From positions 64,001-128,000 of the forward strand of contig CAWAIF010000002.1 in assembly GCA_963782055.1 (NCBI GenBank): a stretch of 64,000 bases of DNA, read 5' to 3'. The translations under genes and the position numbers were made by a program. The notes under the pieces are model-generated. The model was not told where the DNA came from, searched no databases, and worked only from the letters and a program-made list of their open reading frames with translations. This document shows positions 1 through 10,456 of this stretch, piece after piece. Each line of letters begins with the position of its first letter. Position 1 is the stretch's first letter. The DNA comes from an uncultured delta proteobacterium (GTDB lineage Bacteria; Myxococcota_A; Polyangia; Polyangiales; Polyangiaceae).

Positions 1-1
1 C

Positions 2-1946
2 CTCGCCGCGCTGGCGCTCACCGTCGCCGCGGCGGCGTGCACCTCCAGCCCCGCCACGCAGTTCACGGTCGGCGTCGTCTCGCAGATCCGCGTCCCCGAC
101 GACATCCAGACGGTGCGCATCACCGCCTCCACCGGCGGCACCCGCGGGTTCTGCGCGACCTACCCGGTCGTCGACGGCCGGGCGCGCCTGCCGCAGTCGC
201 TCGCCCTGGCCCCGGAGTCCACCAGCAGCCCCGACTCGCCCGTCACCGTCACGGTCGTCGGCTTCCGTCGCAGCAAGGACGACCTGACCAACCAGGCGGA
301 CATCACCGGCGCCGACGACTGCATCATCCCGACGATCTCCACCGCGAACGACCCCAACAAGAACGTGGGCCAGCTCCTGCGCCGCTCCACCCAGCCGTAC
401 GTGCAGGACAAGAACCTCTACGTGCCGATGCCGCTCCGCTACTCCTGCTACGGCGTCGACTGCCCGGGCGATCAGTCGTGCCGCGGGGGCACGTGCATGC
501 CCTCGCTCACCGACGTGGCCGCGCTCCCGCCCTACGCCGATGATTCTGATCTTCGGCTCCGGCAACACCTGCTTCGACGAGAACGCCTGCCTCGGCGACG
601 CCGTGGGCCCGACGGTCGTCGACGCGCAGAACTGCGTCTACGAGGTCCCCGACGGCGCGAGCCTCGGGACCGCCGGCATGAACGTCCGCGTCATCTACGA
701 GGGCTACCGCGCCGAGGTGCTGGACGAGGACCACGACGAGGGCTTCTTCCTGCCCGACCCGCAGGGTCACCCCAACCGCTTCCAGCTCGCCGACGGCCTG
801 TGCCACGGCGACGCGCAGGGCCACGCCCCGCGGGTGCTCAGCGTGGCCGCGAGCCGCACCTGCGCGTCGAAGAACGTCTACCAGCCGCTCTGCGCGCACG
901 ACCAGAACACCGTCGCGCTGCGCCCGGCCCGCGCCGCGCTCTACCTGCTCGTCGACCGCGGCGCCACGATGGCCTCGTATCTCGGTCCGCAGCAGTCGGG
1001 GCAGGCCAAGCTGGTGCAGCTCCTGGACGTCGCCCTCGCGGATCCCGTCTTCGCGGCGACCGTCGCCGGCTTCCGCTTCCTGCCCTCCGGCACCACCCTG
1101 GGCGACTCCTGCAGCGCCGGGGGATACGCGACGCCGCTCACCGTTCCCGGCGTTCCGGCGAGCAAGCAGCTCGGCGCCTACGCCGAGCTCGGCGTGCTGA
1201 AAAACCCCCTCGTCGCCCTCTTCGACACCACCGCCACGCTCCCACCCGGCGCGCCCCTCGCCCTGGATGCCGCGCTCGACCCGGCGGGCGTCTTCGCGGC
1301 CCAGTTCCCGACGATGATCGATGGGTCGAGCGTCAGCTACGAGAAGCGCGTCGTGGTCGTCGCCACGAACCGATCGCTCACCGACCCGGGCATCGAGTGT
1401 GGCTCGGGCAACGCCGCGCTCGCGGTGAAGAACGCGGCGGCGACGACCGAGACCTTCGTCCTGTCCCTCGAGGACCCGAGCGAGGCCTCGCCGCTCGCGC
1501 GGCAGGCGGCGGCGGATCAGTTCGCCCAGGACGCGGCGCTCCCCTCCGACCACATGATCCACGCGGAGGACCCGCAGACCTCCGACCAGAACGTGCTGCA
1601 GGGCGTCGGCACGATCATCGCCGACCTCGCCTCGTGCGCGTACGAGAAGCCGGGCAACCTCTCCGACCCTTCCAAGGCGTCGATGACCCTTCACGTGCCG
1701 CCCGTTCCGGTGCCCGGCGGCGTCCCGGTGTCGGTCCCGATCCCCATGGACGCGACGTGCGGCCTCGCCAACAACTCCGCCGACGGCTGGAACGTGGTCG
1801 GCGGCGTCGTGCGGGTCTGCGGCGGGTCGTGCCAGACCATCCGCCAGGCGATCCAGGCGAACGGCGGCGTCACGGTGAGCCGCTTCGGTGGCGGCGAGGA
1901 CGCGATGGCGGGTCAGGTGCTGGTGGACATGACCATCGCCCCCTGA
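2..1946 (+). CDS. Cys-rich myxobacterial lipoprotein with C-terminal vWA-like domain; 5' partial, apparent +1 frameshift at ~545
   Basis: Frame +2 reads LAALALTVAAAAC (lipobox) TSSPATQ...PPYADD. Removing one T in GATTC (542-546) joins it to ORF 540..1946 (LIFGSGNTCFD...). ALYLLVDRGATM resembles a degenerate vWA DxSxS motif. Start lies outside the window. Confidence 0.7.
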
Positions 1947-1969
1947 CGCACGGTGGCTCCGCCTGCTCC

Positions 1970-3013
1970 TCAGGGGCCGAACTGGGCGCCGACCATCGGG
2001 CCGACGAAGAACTGCGTGCCGCTCGTCAGCGCGTAGTCCGGCGTCCGGATGGGAACGCCCGGGTTCTGCGCGTTGTAGAGGTACCGCGCGGGGTCCGACG
2101 GCGTCACGATGGCGGTGCCGGCGTTCTCCAGCCACACCACCAGACCTGCGACCAGGGCGAAGGTCCGACCCATACGCAGGTGCAGGTCGGCCTCCAGCGA
2201 GAGCGCCGGCGAGAGGTAGGTGAGCGGGTCGGGCGTGAAGTAGTCGACCAGGTTCTGCCCGTCGGTGGACGTCGCCAGCCGGTCCATCGCCACCACCCGG
2301 TACGCGAACCCCAGGCCCACGGCGAAGCTCGCCCGCAGCCGCTCGCCGTGCGTGGTGACCCGCGCGCGGATGGCGCCGAAGCCGCCGCCGCGCAGGATGC
2401 GGAAGTCCTCCACCCGCGCGACGCCGGTGAGGAGGGCGTTGCTCCCCGGCTTCACCTGGCCGTCGAAGGTGGCGTTGGGGTTCTGGTAGTCCAGGCTCCC
2501 ACCGAAGTAGAGCTCCAGCGCCACGGGGTCCCAGGAGTAGCCCACGTAGCCGGCCAGCCCGCCGCCGTACGGCGCCGCGGTGTCGCACGCGGAGGCTCCG
2601 AGGAGCGCGCACGAGGTGTCCAGCGTGCCGCCCGCCCCCGCCGGGAGGAACTGAGCGAAGAGCTGCACGCCGCCGTAGAACCCGGCGAGCGATCGCTCCT
2701 CCACCACCACCGGCGCCGCGCTCACCCGATGGAGCGTCACCGTCTCCACCAGCGTCTTGCCGGCCTGCACGCTCACCTTCTTCTCGAAGCGAACGAACCC
2801 CTCGCGCGCCACCGCGACGAGGTGATCGCCGGCGGCGACGTCGCCCTGGAAGGAGCCCTCACCGACGGACTGGCCGTCGAGGAAGATGCTCCCCTGGCCG
2901 TCGCTGGTGGTGATCTCCACCGTCCCCTTCGGCGCGACCGCGCCGTCGTCCGCCAGCGCCGCGTGCGCCGGGACGGCGAGCGCGAGCCCCAGCACTGCCG
3001 CCCACGCCTTCAC
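1970..3013 (-). CDS. PEGA domain-containing exported protein with C-terminal beta-barrel-like region
   Basis: Signal peptide (AHA-AL); GTVEITT...SIFLDGQSVG...GDHLVAVAREGF is PEGA-like. GTGA overlap with the kamA stop. Confidence 0.75.
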   Translation of the reverse strand: MKAWAAVLGLALAVPAHAALADDGAVAPKGTVEITTSDGQGSIFLDGQSVGEGSFQGDVAAGDHLVAVAREGFVRFEKKVSVQAGKTLVETVTLHRVSAAPVVVEERSLAGFYGGVQLFAQFLPAGAGGTLDTSCALLGASACDTAAPYGGGLAGYVGYSWDPVALELYFGGSLDYQNPNATFDGQVKPGSNALLTGVARVEDFRILRGGGFGAIRARVTTHGERLRASFAVGLGFAYRVVAMDRLATSTDGQNLVDYFTPDPLTYLSPALSLEADLHLRMGRTFALVAGLVVWLENAGTAIVTPSDPARYLYNAQNPGVPIRTPDYALTSGTQFFVGPMVGAQFGP

Positions 3014-4164
3014 GAGCCCTCGTCCGGCGGATCGACGTAGTCCACCAGCTCCCCGCGGAAGGTGCGCAGCGTCGTCCGCCCCGGCGCGCGACGCGCGACG
3101 TAGTCCGGCGCGAGCGGCACCTTACCCTTGCCGCCCGGCGTGTCGCACACCAGCCGCGGCAGCGCGATACCGGTGAGGCGGCCCTGCAGCCGCTCCATCA
3201 GCGCCACGCCGCGCGCGAGGGGTGTCCGGAGGTGCGAGGTGCCGCGCACGGGGTCCATCTGGAGCAGATAGTACGGGCGGACGCGCGCCCGCACGAGCCC
3301 CCGGAAGAGCGCCTCCAGCGTCGGGGCTTCGTCGTTCACCCCGCGCAGCAGCACGGTCTGGTTCATCACCGGGAAGCCGGCGTCGGCGAGGCGCGCGCAG
3401 GCTCGCACCGCCTGCGGCGTGAGCTCCTTCGGGTGATTGAAGTGCGTCATCACCCAGAGCGGGTGCAGCGGCCGCAGCGCGCGCACCAGCTCCGCCGTCA
3501 CGCGCATGGGCAGCGTCACGGGCACCCGCGTCGCCAGCCGGATGGTCTCCACGCTGGACACCGCGCGGACCGCCGCGACGACACGCACCAGTCGCTCCGT
3601 CGCCATCGCCAGGGGGTCGCCGCCGCTGACGATCACGTCGCGCACCTCCGGGTGCGCGCGCAGGTAGGCGAGCGCGGGCGCCAGCGCCTCCAGCGACGCC
3701 GCCCCGCCGCCGTGGCCGACGATGCGCGAGCGCGTGCAGAAGCGGCAGTAGACCGCGCAGCGATCGGTCGCGAGCAGGAGCGCGCGGTCCGGGTAACGCT
3801 GCACCAGGTGCGGCGCCACCTCGTGCGCCACCTCGCCGAGAGGGTCGAGCAGGTCCCCCGGCGCCTCCAGCGCCTCCCGGCCATCCGGCACGCACTGCAG
3901 GCGCACCGGGCATCGCGGGTCGTCGCGATCGGCGAGCGAGAGGTAGTACGGCGTGACCGAGATGGGCAGCCCCTGCCGCTCCGCCCGCCGCGCCCCGGCG
4001 AGCTCGCGCGGCGTCAGGCGCAGCGCGCGGTCCAGCGCGTCCACCGAGGTCAGCGCGTTGCGCACCTGCCAGCGCCAGTCTCGACGCCCGGGCCGCGCGC
4101 GCGCCGCCGGCGCCAGCGGCAAGGACCGCCCCGGCGTGGCCCCGACGTGCTGCCGCATCGCCAC
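3010..4164 (-). CDS. kamA: KamA family radical SAM protein (lysine 2,3-aminomutase-like)
   Basis: DWRWQ, DPLGE, radical SAM motif CAVYCRFCTR, SGGDPL, THFNHPKE, NQTVLLRGVND, PLP-lysine motif PGGKGK. Confidence 0.9.
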   Translation of the reverse strand: MAMRQHVGATPGRSLPLAPAARARPGRRDWRWQVRNALTSVDALDRALRLTPRELAGARRAERQGLPISVTPYYLSLADRDDPRCPVRLQCVPDGREALEAPGDLLDPLGEVAHEVAPHLVQRYPDRALLLATDRCAVYCRFCTRSRIVGHGGGAASLEALAPALAYLRAHPEVRDVIVSGGDPLAMATERLVRVVAAVRAVSSVETIRLATRVPVTLPMRVTAELVRALRPLHPLWVMTHFNHPKELTPQAVRACARLADAGFPVMNQTVLLRGVNDEAPTLEALFRGLVRARVRPYYLLQMDPVRGTSHLRTPLARGVALMERLQGRLTGIALPRLVCDTPGGKGKVPLAPDYVARRAPGRTTLRTFRGELVDYVDPPDEGS

Positions 4165-4168
4165 GGCG

Positions 4169-5170
4169 CTACTCCGCGCCGGCGTCGGAGGCCAGGTCCA
4201 CCTTGACCGTCGCCAGCGCGGCCTCGTCCACCTTCACCGGGTACTGCGTGCGCAGCCGCGCCAGCGCCTCGTCTTCCTTGGCGCGCGCCTTGTCCTGCGC
4301 CAGCTTCACCCGGATGCTCCGCTCCGCCTCGGCGAAGGAGCGATCGTGCGCGTCCACCTTCTGCGTGAGGCGCACCAGGTAGAACTTGCCGCCCGCGGCG
4401 ACGGGGTGGTCGAGCACGTCACCCACCTTGGCGATCTGGAAGGCCGCCGCGCGCACCTCGGAGGGGATGCGCGGGTTGTCTCCGCGCGTGTCCCCCGGGG
4501 GCGCGACCATGCCGAAGTCCCCCGCCAGGTCGACCGGCACGTTGGCGCGCGCCTGCAGGTCGAGGGAGTGCGCCCGCACGAGCTGGCCCCACTCCGCGGC
4601 GTTGGCCTTCATTGCTTGACCCATCAACGATTTGGCCGACGCCTCGTCGTGCAGGACGATGAGCGACAGCCGGCGGCGCTCCGGGTCGTGGTAGTCCGCC
4701 TTGTGCGCGTCGTAGTAGGCGTGCACCTCGGCCTCGGGGATGGCGTTCGGCTGCGGGACGCCCTGCTTCGCGTCCTTCAGGAAGGCGTCGCGCAGGGTCG
4801 CGCGCAGGGTCTGCTGCGCCACCGGGTCCTTGTCGTAGCCCTTGGCCGTCGCGTCCTGGGCGAGCAGCTCCACCTGCACCAGGTCCTCCAGCAGCTCCTT
4901 GCGGCGCTCCGGCGACTGGTAGCGCAGGCGATCGAACTGATCCATGTGCTCCAGCGCGGCCACGTAGTCGCCCAGGGTGATGGTGGCGTCACCCACGTGG
5001 GCCAGGACCTTGGCCGACTGCTCAGGCGTGAGCTGGGACGTCGCGGCGCCGTCCCCGGGGCCGGCGTCCGCGGAGAGGGCCTCCTCGTTGCAGCCGTTGC
5101 ACCCGGCGGAGGAGGCGGCGAGCGCCAGCCCGAGCGCCAGAGCTGCCCCGACTCGCGACCGCCACCTCAT
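4169..5170 (-). CDS. PpiC/parvulin-type peptidyl-prolyl isomerase / PrsA-like foldase lipoprotein
   Basis: Lipobox SAGC; VLAHVGDATIT, PERRRLSLIVL, GDFGMV and FQIAKVGDVLDHPV match the PrsA/SurA architecture. Start at ATG 5170 or 5188. Confidence 0.8.
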   Translation of the reverse strand: MRWRSRVGAALALGLALAASSAGCNGCNEEALSADAGPGDGAATSQLTPEQSAKVLAHVGDATITLGDYVAALEHMDQFDRLRYQSPERRKELLEDLVQVELLAQDATAKGYDKDPVAQQTLRATLRDAFLKDAKQGVPQPNAIPEAEVHAYYDAHKADYHDPERRRLSLIVLHDEASAKSLMGQAMKANAAEWGQLVRAHSLDLQARANVPVDLAGDFGMVAPPGDTRGDNPRIPSEVRAAAFQIAKVGDVLDHPVAAGGKFYLVRLTQKVDAHDRSFAEAERSIRVKLAQDKARAKEDEALARLRTQYPVKVDEAALATVKVDLASDAGAE

Positions 5171-5194
5171 GGGGCGACTATGTAGCACGGAGCG

Positions 5195-5223
5195 TTGCGG
5201 CCGGCGCTCCTAACAGGTAACAC
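5195..5223 (+). promoter_or_regulatory. Putative sigma70-type promoter of pyrH (TTGCGG-N17-TAACAC)
   Basis: -35 TTGCGG at 5195-5200, 17-nt spacer, -10 TAACAC at 5218-5223, 8 nt before ATG 5232. Confidence 0.4.
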
Positions 5224-5231
5224 CAGGGCGC

Positions 5232-6002
5232 ATGCGCCCCGACCCCGAACGTGACGAGCGGAGCATCGTTCCCCCTCCGCCGCACCCCGGACTCCGCTAC
5301 CGGCGCATCGTCCTCAAGCTGAGCGGCGAGGCGCTCTGCGGCACCGAGGGCGGCTTCGGCATCAACCCCGACTTCCTCCGCGAGACCGCGAGGGAGCTCG
5401 GCGAGGTGCACGCCATGGGCGTGCAGATCGGCATCGTCGTCGGCGGCGGCAACATCTTCCGCGGGCTGAAGGGCGCGAGCGCCGGGATGGACCGCGCGCA
5501 GAGCGACTACATGGGCATGCTGGCCACGGTCATCAACTCCCTCGCCCTGCAGGACGCCCTGGAGAAGCAGAGCGTGCCCACGCGCGTGCAGACGGCCATC
5601 GAGATCCGGCAGGTCGCCGAGCCGTACATCCGCCGTCGCGCCATCCGCCACCTGGAGCACGGGCACGTCGTCATCTTCGCGGCCGGCACCGGCAACCCCT
5701 ACTTCTCCACCGACACCGCCGCGGCCCTGCGCGCGATGGAGATCCACGCCGACGCCCTCTTCAAGGCCACCAAGGTCGAGGGCGTCTACGACCGCGACCC
5801 GGCCCGCTTCCCCGACGCGTCCATGTTCACGCGCATGACCTTCGATCGCTTCCTGGCCGATCGAATCGGCGTCATGGACCAGACGGCGGTGACGCTCTGC
5901 CGCGACAACGGCATGGCCATCCGTGTCTTCAAGCTCTCGCAGCGCGGCAACATCAAGCGCGTCGTCTTCGGCGAGCCCGTCGGCACCATCGTCGAGGCCT
6001 GA
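5232..6002 (+). CDS. pyrH: UMP kinase
   Basis: [51 protein letters not shown]. Confidence 0.97.
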   Translation: MRPDPERDERSIVPPPPHPGLRYRRIVLKLSGEALCGTEGGFGINPDFLRETARELGEVHAMGVQIGIVVGGGNIFRGLKGASAGMDRAQSDYMGMLATVINSLALQDALEKQSVPTRVQTAIEIRQVAEPYIRRRAIRHLEHGHVVIFAAGTGNPYFSTDTAAALRAMEIHADALFKATKVEGVYDRDPARFPDASMFTRMTFDRFLADRIGVMDQTAVTLCRDNGMAIRVFKLSQRGNIKRVVFGEPVGTIVEA

Positions 6003-6011
6003 GCGGCCGCT

Positions 6012-6479
6012 TCAGGCGTACTCGGCGCGCTCGGCGGCGTGGCGCAGGAGCGAGGCGACGTGCTCCTCGTCCTCCTCCGAGAAGCCGGCGACCAGGCCGT
6101 CCACTTCGAAGGCCGTGCGGCCCACCACCGCGCAGGCCTCGTCCAGGAGCCTCTCGCAGGCGGGGTCCAGGCGCACGATGGCGTTGGCATCGGCGAGCGC
6201 CAGCGGCCAGAGCGGCGCGTAGGCGGGCACCAGCGGCAGCCCGATCAGCACCATGTCCAGGTCGTCGCCGAGCGGCATGAGCGCCACGGCGTAAGGCACC
6301 GGCGCCAGCGGCGCGGCGACCGGCGGCGGGCGGAACGCGGCGATGCGCAGCGACGCCCTCGCCAGGGTGGAGATGCGCGCGGGCGCGCCGCACACCACGA
6401 TCTGGATGCGCGACACGTCGGGGTGCGCCGACCGGACCACGTCCCGGAAGCTGCGGATGCGCTCGGACGGGGACGTCAT
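6012..6479 (-). CDS. Hypothetical protein, degenerate small-GTPase (MglA/CvnD-like) fold
   Basis: ATG at 6479 overlaps the upstream stop (ATGA). IQIVVCGAPARISTL and DDLDMVLIGLP...WPLALADANAIVRLD resemble the G1 and G3 regions of conservon/MglA GTPases without the catalytic residues. Confidence 0.6.
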   Translation of the reverse strand: MTSPSERIRSFRDVVRSAHPDVSRIQIVVCGAPARISTLARASLRIAAFRPPPVAAPLAPVPYAVALMPLGDDLDMVLIGLPLVPAYAPLWPLALADANAIVRLDPACERLLDEACAVVGRTAFEVDGLVAGFSEEDEEHVASLLRHAAERAEYA

Positions 6480-8107
6480 GACGCCTTCCCCTCCCTGATC
6501 GCCGCGCGCTCCAGCTCCCGCATCAGCAGCGCGGCGAAGGTCGGGTCGCACGAGTGCACCACCCGCAGGCGCTCCGGCCCGGCGCGGCCGATCATCGACC
6601 ACGAGGCCCGGGCGCCGTGCACCACCAGCACCTCGATCCCCTCGCAGCCGGGCGCGCCCTTCACGTCCAGGGTGCGAAGCTCGGCCTTCGTCGCGGCGCA
6701 CCCGTCGGCCGCCGCGCCGGCGAGCCGCGCGGTGTCGCTGGCGGCGACGTGAGCCGACACCGCGCCCGCGCGCAGCGCGTGGCGGAAGGCGTGAAGGACG
6801 ACGGACCGCGCGGCGTCGAGGGCCAGGTCGAGCGGGAAGGCGGACGACAGGTACTGCTCCACCAGCGGCTTCTGCAGCACGCGGTCGGCGATCTCGGCGA
6901 GCGAGGCGCCGGAGAGGTCGTGCGCACGCACCGGAGAGTGCCGGGACTCCAGCGCGCGCGCCCGCGCGAGGCGGATGAGCGCCATCGCCCGCACGCCGTC
7001 GGCGGGGACGTCCGCCAGCCCCACGCACGCCGCGAGGTCGAGCAGCATCGCCCGCGCCTGCTCGGCGGACACCTTGGGCATCAGCACGTAGGCCTCGCCG
7101 GCGGCCGTCGTGCCGAGCGCGCTACCCGCCACCGAGAGGGCGGGCGAGAGGGCGCCCGTGTCGACGCCCGCGCCGCCGGCCGGGGAGACCGCCGCCAGGA
7201 TGGCGAGGGGCGCGCCCCCGGTGCGAGCGAGGTCCACCTCGCGCTGCACCAGACGTTCGAACACCTCGATCGGCAGCGCGCGGCTGCGCGGCACCGTCGC
7301 CTCCTCCCCCACGGCGGCACGCGCCATCGCGGCGAGCGGGAGCAGCGTGCTCGCGAACTCGATGCACCGGTGCACCCGGGCGGTGCGCGCCGGGTCCGCC
7401 TGCTCCAGCAGCACGCACCCGAGCGAACGAGACTCGCTGGACAGAGAGAGGATCTCCCCCTGCCGGTTGGCGGCGAGCTGCGAGAGCTCCAGGTCGTTGT
7501 AGCTGTCGCGCAGCTCGAGGGCCGTGCCGAACACCGCCAGACGCGGGCGCGACCCGTCGGCCGCGCTCTCCGTCCCGAACACCGCCACGCCGCGCGCCCC
7601 GCTGGCGATCTGGAAGAGCGCCACCGTCGCCTCGGAGAGGGCCTGCGCGTCCACCGTGCGCGCGGCGGACACCGCCTGCGTCATCGCGTCGATGAGCTCG
7701 CTCTGATCGCGGGCGTCCGCGGCGAGCCGCGCGATGCGCTCCTCCACCGCCGTCCGTGCGCGCACATCGGCCACCGCGCGCAGCACCGCGTCGCCGGTGG
7801 GCGGCGCCACCAGCATCCCCGCGGCGCCGAGCGACATCGCCTCCGCCGCGAGCCCGAAGGTGGGCGGCGCGGCCAGCGCGTAGACCGCGATCTGCGCCGA
7901 GCTGGCGACCAGGTGATGCACCAGCGCGAGCCCCGCGGCGCCGGAGAGCGCCAGGTCCACCACCGCCACGCGCGGCAGCTCGTCGACCGCGGTCGTCAGC
8001 GCGGCCGCCATGTCGGTCGCGAGCAGGAAGGTCTCGCCGCCCTCCATGAGCGACGCCTCCATGGTGGCGCGCGTCGCCTCGTCCTGCGTGACGACCAGGA
8101 CCTTCAC
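6476..8107 (-). CDS. Atypical response regulator: pseudo-receiver, GAF-like, degenerate GGDEF and DICT-like C-terminus
   Basis: N-terminal REC fold (MKVLVV...VAVVDL...AMSLGAAGML). FERLVQREVDLAR..GAPLAIL...YVLMPKVSAEQA...VGLADVPADG is GGDEF-like without the GG(D/E)EF motif. Confidence 0.7.
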   Translation of the reverse strand: MKVLVVTQDEATRATMEASLMEGGETFLLATDMAAALTTAVDELPRVAVVDLALSGAAGLALVHHLVASSAQIAVYALAAPPTFGLAAEAMSLGAAGMLVAPPTGDAVLRAVADVRARTAVEERIARLAADARDQSELIDAMTQAVSAARTVDAQALSEATVALFQIASGARGVAVFGTESAADGSRPRLAVFGTALELRDSYNDLELSQLAANRQGEILSLSSESRSLGCVLLEQADPARTARVHRCIEFASTLLPLAAMARAAVGEEATVPRSRALPIEVFERLVQREVDLARTGGAPLAILAAVSPAGGAGVDTGALSPALSVAGSALGTTAAGEAYVLMPKVSAEQARAMLLDLAACVGLADVPADGVRAMALIRLARARALESRHSPVRAHDLSGASLAEIADRVLQKPLVEQYLSSAFPLDLALDAARSVVLHAFRHALRAGAVSAHVAASDTARLAGAAADGCAATKAELRTLDVKGAPGCEGIEVLVVHGARASWSMIGRAGPERLRVVHSCDPTFAALLMRELERAAIREGKAS

Positions 8108-8123
8108 CTTTCCCCCCGGGAGG

Positions 8124-8927
8124 TCATCCGCCGACCCCGGGCGCGAGCTCGCCGGTGAAGACGCGGCGCGCCGGCCCCGTCATGAACGTCCGGTCTCCCT
8201 CCTGCTCCACCTCGAGCGCGCCGCCCGGGAGGCGCACGCGGACGGCGCCGTCCGGGACCAGTCCTCTCGCCCGCGCCACCGCCACGGTCGCGCACGCGCC
8301 GGTGCCGCACGCGAGCGTGAGGCCGACGCCGCGCTCCCACACCACCAGATCGATGCCCTCCGGCCGCACGCGCGCCAGCTCCACGTTGATCCCCGCCGGG
8401 AAGGCGGGGTGCGTGGCGATCGCCGGCCCGAGCCGCAGCACGTCGGCGCGCGCGTAATCGCCGAAGAGCACCGCGTGCGGGTTGCCCGCGTCGGCGAGCG
8501 CCACGGTCACGCCGAGGTCCGCGAGGGCCCGCTCGGCCGTGAAGCGCACCCGTCCCATGTCGACACGGACCGTCGCCTCGTCCTCCCCGCGATGCAGCAC
8601 GCGGCACGCGCGCGGCCCGGCGTCCGTCTCCACCACCAGCTCGCGCTCCGGCAGCTCGCGCCCGATCGCCAGGTGCAGCGCGAGACAGCGCAGTCCGTTG
8701 CCGCACATCTCCGGGACGGAGCCGTCGGCGTTGACGACGCGCATGCGCCCGGCGTGCGCCGGATCGCGCGGCGGCAGGGAGAGGATGACGCCGTCCGCCC
8801 CCACACCGAAGTGCCGGTCGCAGATCCGCGCGGAGGCCTCCTGCCCCACCTCGCGCTCGTCGGCCGCGTCGAAGACGACGAAGTCGTTGCCGAGCCCCTC
8901 GTACTTGACGAAGCCGCGCCGCGCCAT
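8124..8927 (-). CDS. dapF: Diaminopimelate epimerase
   Basis: [54 protein letters not shown]. Confidence 0.97.
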   Translation of the reverse strand: MARRGFVKYEGLGNDFVVFDAADEREVGQEASARICDRHFGVGADGVILSLPPRDPAHAGRMRVVNADGSVPEMCGNGLRCLALHLAIGRELPERELVVETDAGPRACRVLHRGEDEATVRVDMGRVRFTAERALADLGVTVALADAGNPHAVLFGDYARADVLRLGPAIATHPAFPAGINVELARVRPEGIDLVVWERGVGLTLACGTGACATVAVARARGLVPDGAVRVRLPGGALEVEQEGDRTFMTGPARRVFTGELAPGVGG

Positions 8928-8971
8928 GGGGCGTCGAGCCTACCCAACCGCCGTGCCGGCGTCACGCGCGC

Positions 8972-9274
8972 TCACCCTCGCGCCAGACGGCGGAGCAGCT
9001 CCGCCTCGTCCAGGTCGGAGAGCGCCACCACCTTCCGGCGCGATCCCTCCCCGCGCACCAGTCGGACGGCCGACCGCGGGAGGTCCAGCCGCCGGGCCAG
9101 CACCCTCACGAGCTCCTGGTTGGCCGCGCCGTCCACCGGCGGCGCCGCCACGGCCACCTCCAGTGCGCCCTCGCGCACGCCCCGCACCTCGCTCCGTCCG
9201 GCGCGAGGCTTGACGTGCACGTCCACCCAGAGCTCCCCCTCCCTGCTCGAGACCTTCAGAGAAGTCGCGTCCAC
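8972..9274 (-). CDS. DUF167/YggU family protein
   Basis: VHVKPRA...[23 protein letters not shown]...[14 protein letters not shown] start inferred at 9274. Confidence 0.88.
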   Translation of the reverse strand: MDATSLKVSSREGELWVDVHVKPRAGRSEVRGVREGALEVAVAAPPVDGAANQELVRVLARRLDLPRSAVRLVRGEGSRRKVVALSDLDEAELLRRLARG

Positions 9275-9289
9275 TGGTACGTTCCGAGG

Positions 9290-10456
9290 ATGGCACGTCT
9301 GCGCTGGATGACGGCGGGGGAATCGCACGGTCCGCGCGTGACGGCCGTGGTGGAGGGCGTGCCCGCCGGACTCAGCCTGCTCGCCGAGGACGTCGACGCC
9401 GACCTCGCGCGGCGCCAGCGCGGCTACGGACGCGGCGGTCGCATGAAGATCGAGACCGATCGCGTGTCCTTCGCGGGGGGCGTGCGCGACGGCAAGACGC
9501 TCGGCTCCCCCATCGCCATGCTGGTGGAGAACCGCGACCACGCGAGCTGGCTCGCCCGGATGGCCGCGAGCCCCTTGCCCGAGCCGGCAGAGCCGCTGAC
9601 GCGCCCGCGCCCCGGCCACGCCGACCTGGCCGGCGGCCTCAAGTACGACACCCACGACCTGCGCAACGTGCTTGAGCGCGCGAGCGCCCGGGAGACCGCG
9701 GCGCGCACCGCCGTCGGGGCGGTGGCCAGGCGCCTGCTCGCAGAGGCCGGCGTCGACGTGTTCGCCCACGTCCTGTCCATCGGCGACGTCGTCGCCGACG
9801 TGGGCTCGGTCGATCACGCCGAGCTCCGGGCGCGCGCCCGCGCCTCCGATCTGGCCTGCGCCGACAGTCGCGCGGAGGAGGCCATGCGCGCCGCGATCAA
9901 GGCGGCCGCCCACGACGGAGACACCCTCGGCGGCGTCTTCGAGGTGGTGGCGACAGGGGTGCTCCCCGGCCTGGGCAGCCACGTCCAGTGGGACCGCAAG
10001 CTGGATGGCCGGCTGGGTCAGGCGCTCATGAGCATCCAGGCCATCAAGGGCGTGGAGATCGGCGCGGGCATGGGGGCCGCGCGACGCCGCGGCTCCACCG
10101 TCCACGATCCCATCCACTACGACGCCAGCCACCATCGCTTCACCCGGCCGTCCAACCACGCCGGAGGCCTGGAGGGAGGCATCACCAACGGCATGCCGGT
10201 CGTGTGCCGGGCCGCCATGAAGCCCATCGCGACGCTCAAGCGCGCGCTGCCGAGCGTCGACGTCACCACCAAGGACCCCTTCCAGGCCGCCTTCGAGCGC
10301 AGCGACGTCTGCGCCGTGGCCGCCGCCTCGGTCGTGGGCGAGGCGATGGTCGCCATCGTCCTGGCCGATGCCCTGCTCGAGAAGTTCGGCGGCGACTCCA
10401 TGGCGGAGCTCACCCGCAACGTCGTAGGGTATCGCCAACAGATCGAGGCGTACTGA
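9290..10456 (+). CDS. aroC: Chorismate synthase
   Basis: [62 protein letters not shown]. Confidence 0.97.
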   Translation: MARLRWMTAGESHGPRVTAVVEGVPAGLSLLAEDVDADLARRQRGYGRGGRMKIETDRVSFAGGVRDGKTLGSPIAMLVENRDHASWLARMAASPLPEPAEPLTRPRPGHADLAGGLKYDTHDLRNVLERASARETAARTAVGAVARRLLAEAGVDVFAHVLSIGDVVADVGSVDHAELRARARASDLACADSRAEEAMRAAIKAAAHDGDTLGGVFEVVATGVLPGLGSHVQWDRKLDGRLGQALMSIQAIKGVEIGAGMGAARRRGSTVHDPIHYDASHHRFTRPSNHAGGLEGGITNGMPVVCRAAMKPIATLKRALPSVDVTTKDPFQAAFERSDVCAVAAASVVGEAMVAIVLADALLEKFGGDSMAELTRNVVGYRQQIEAY

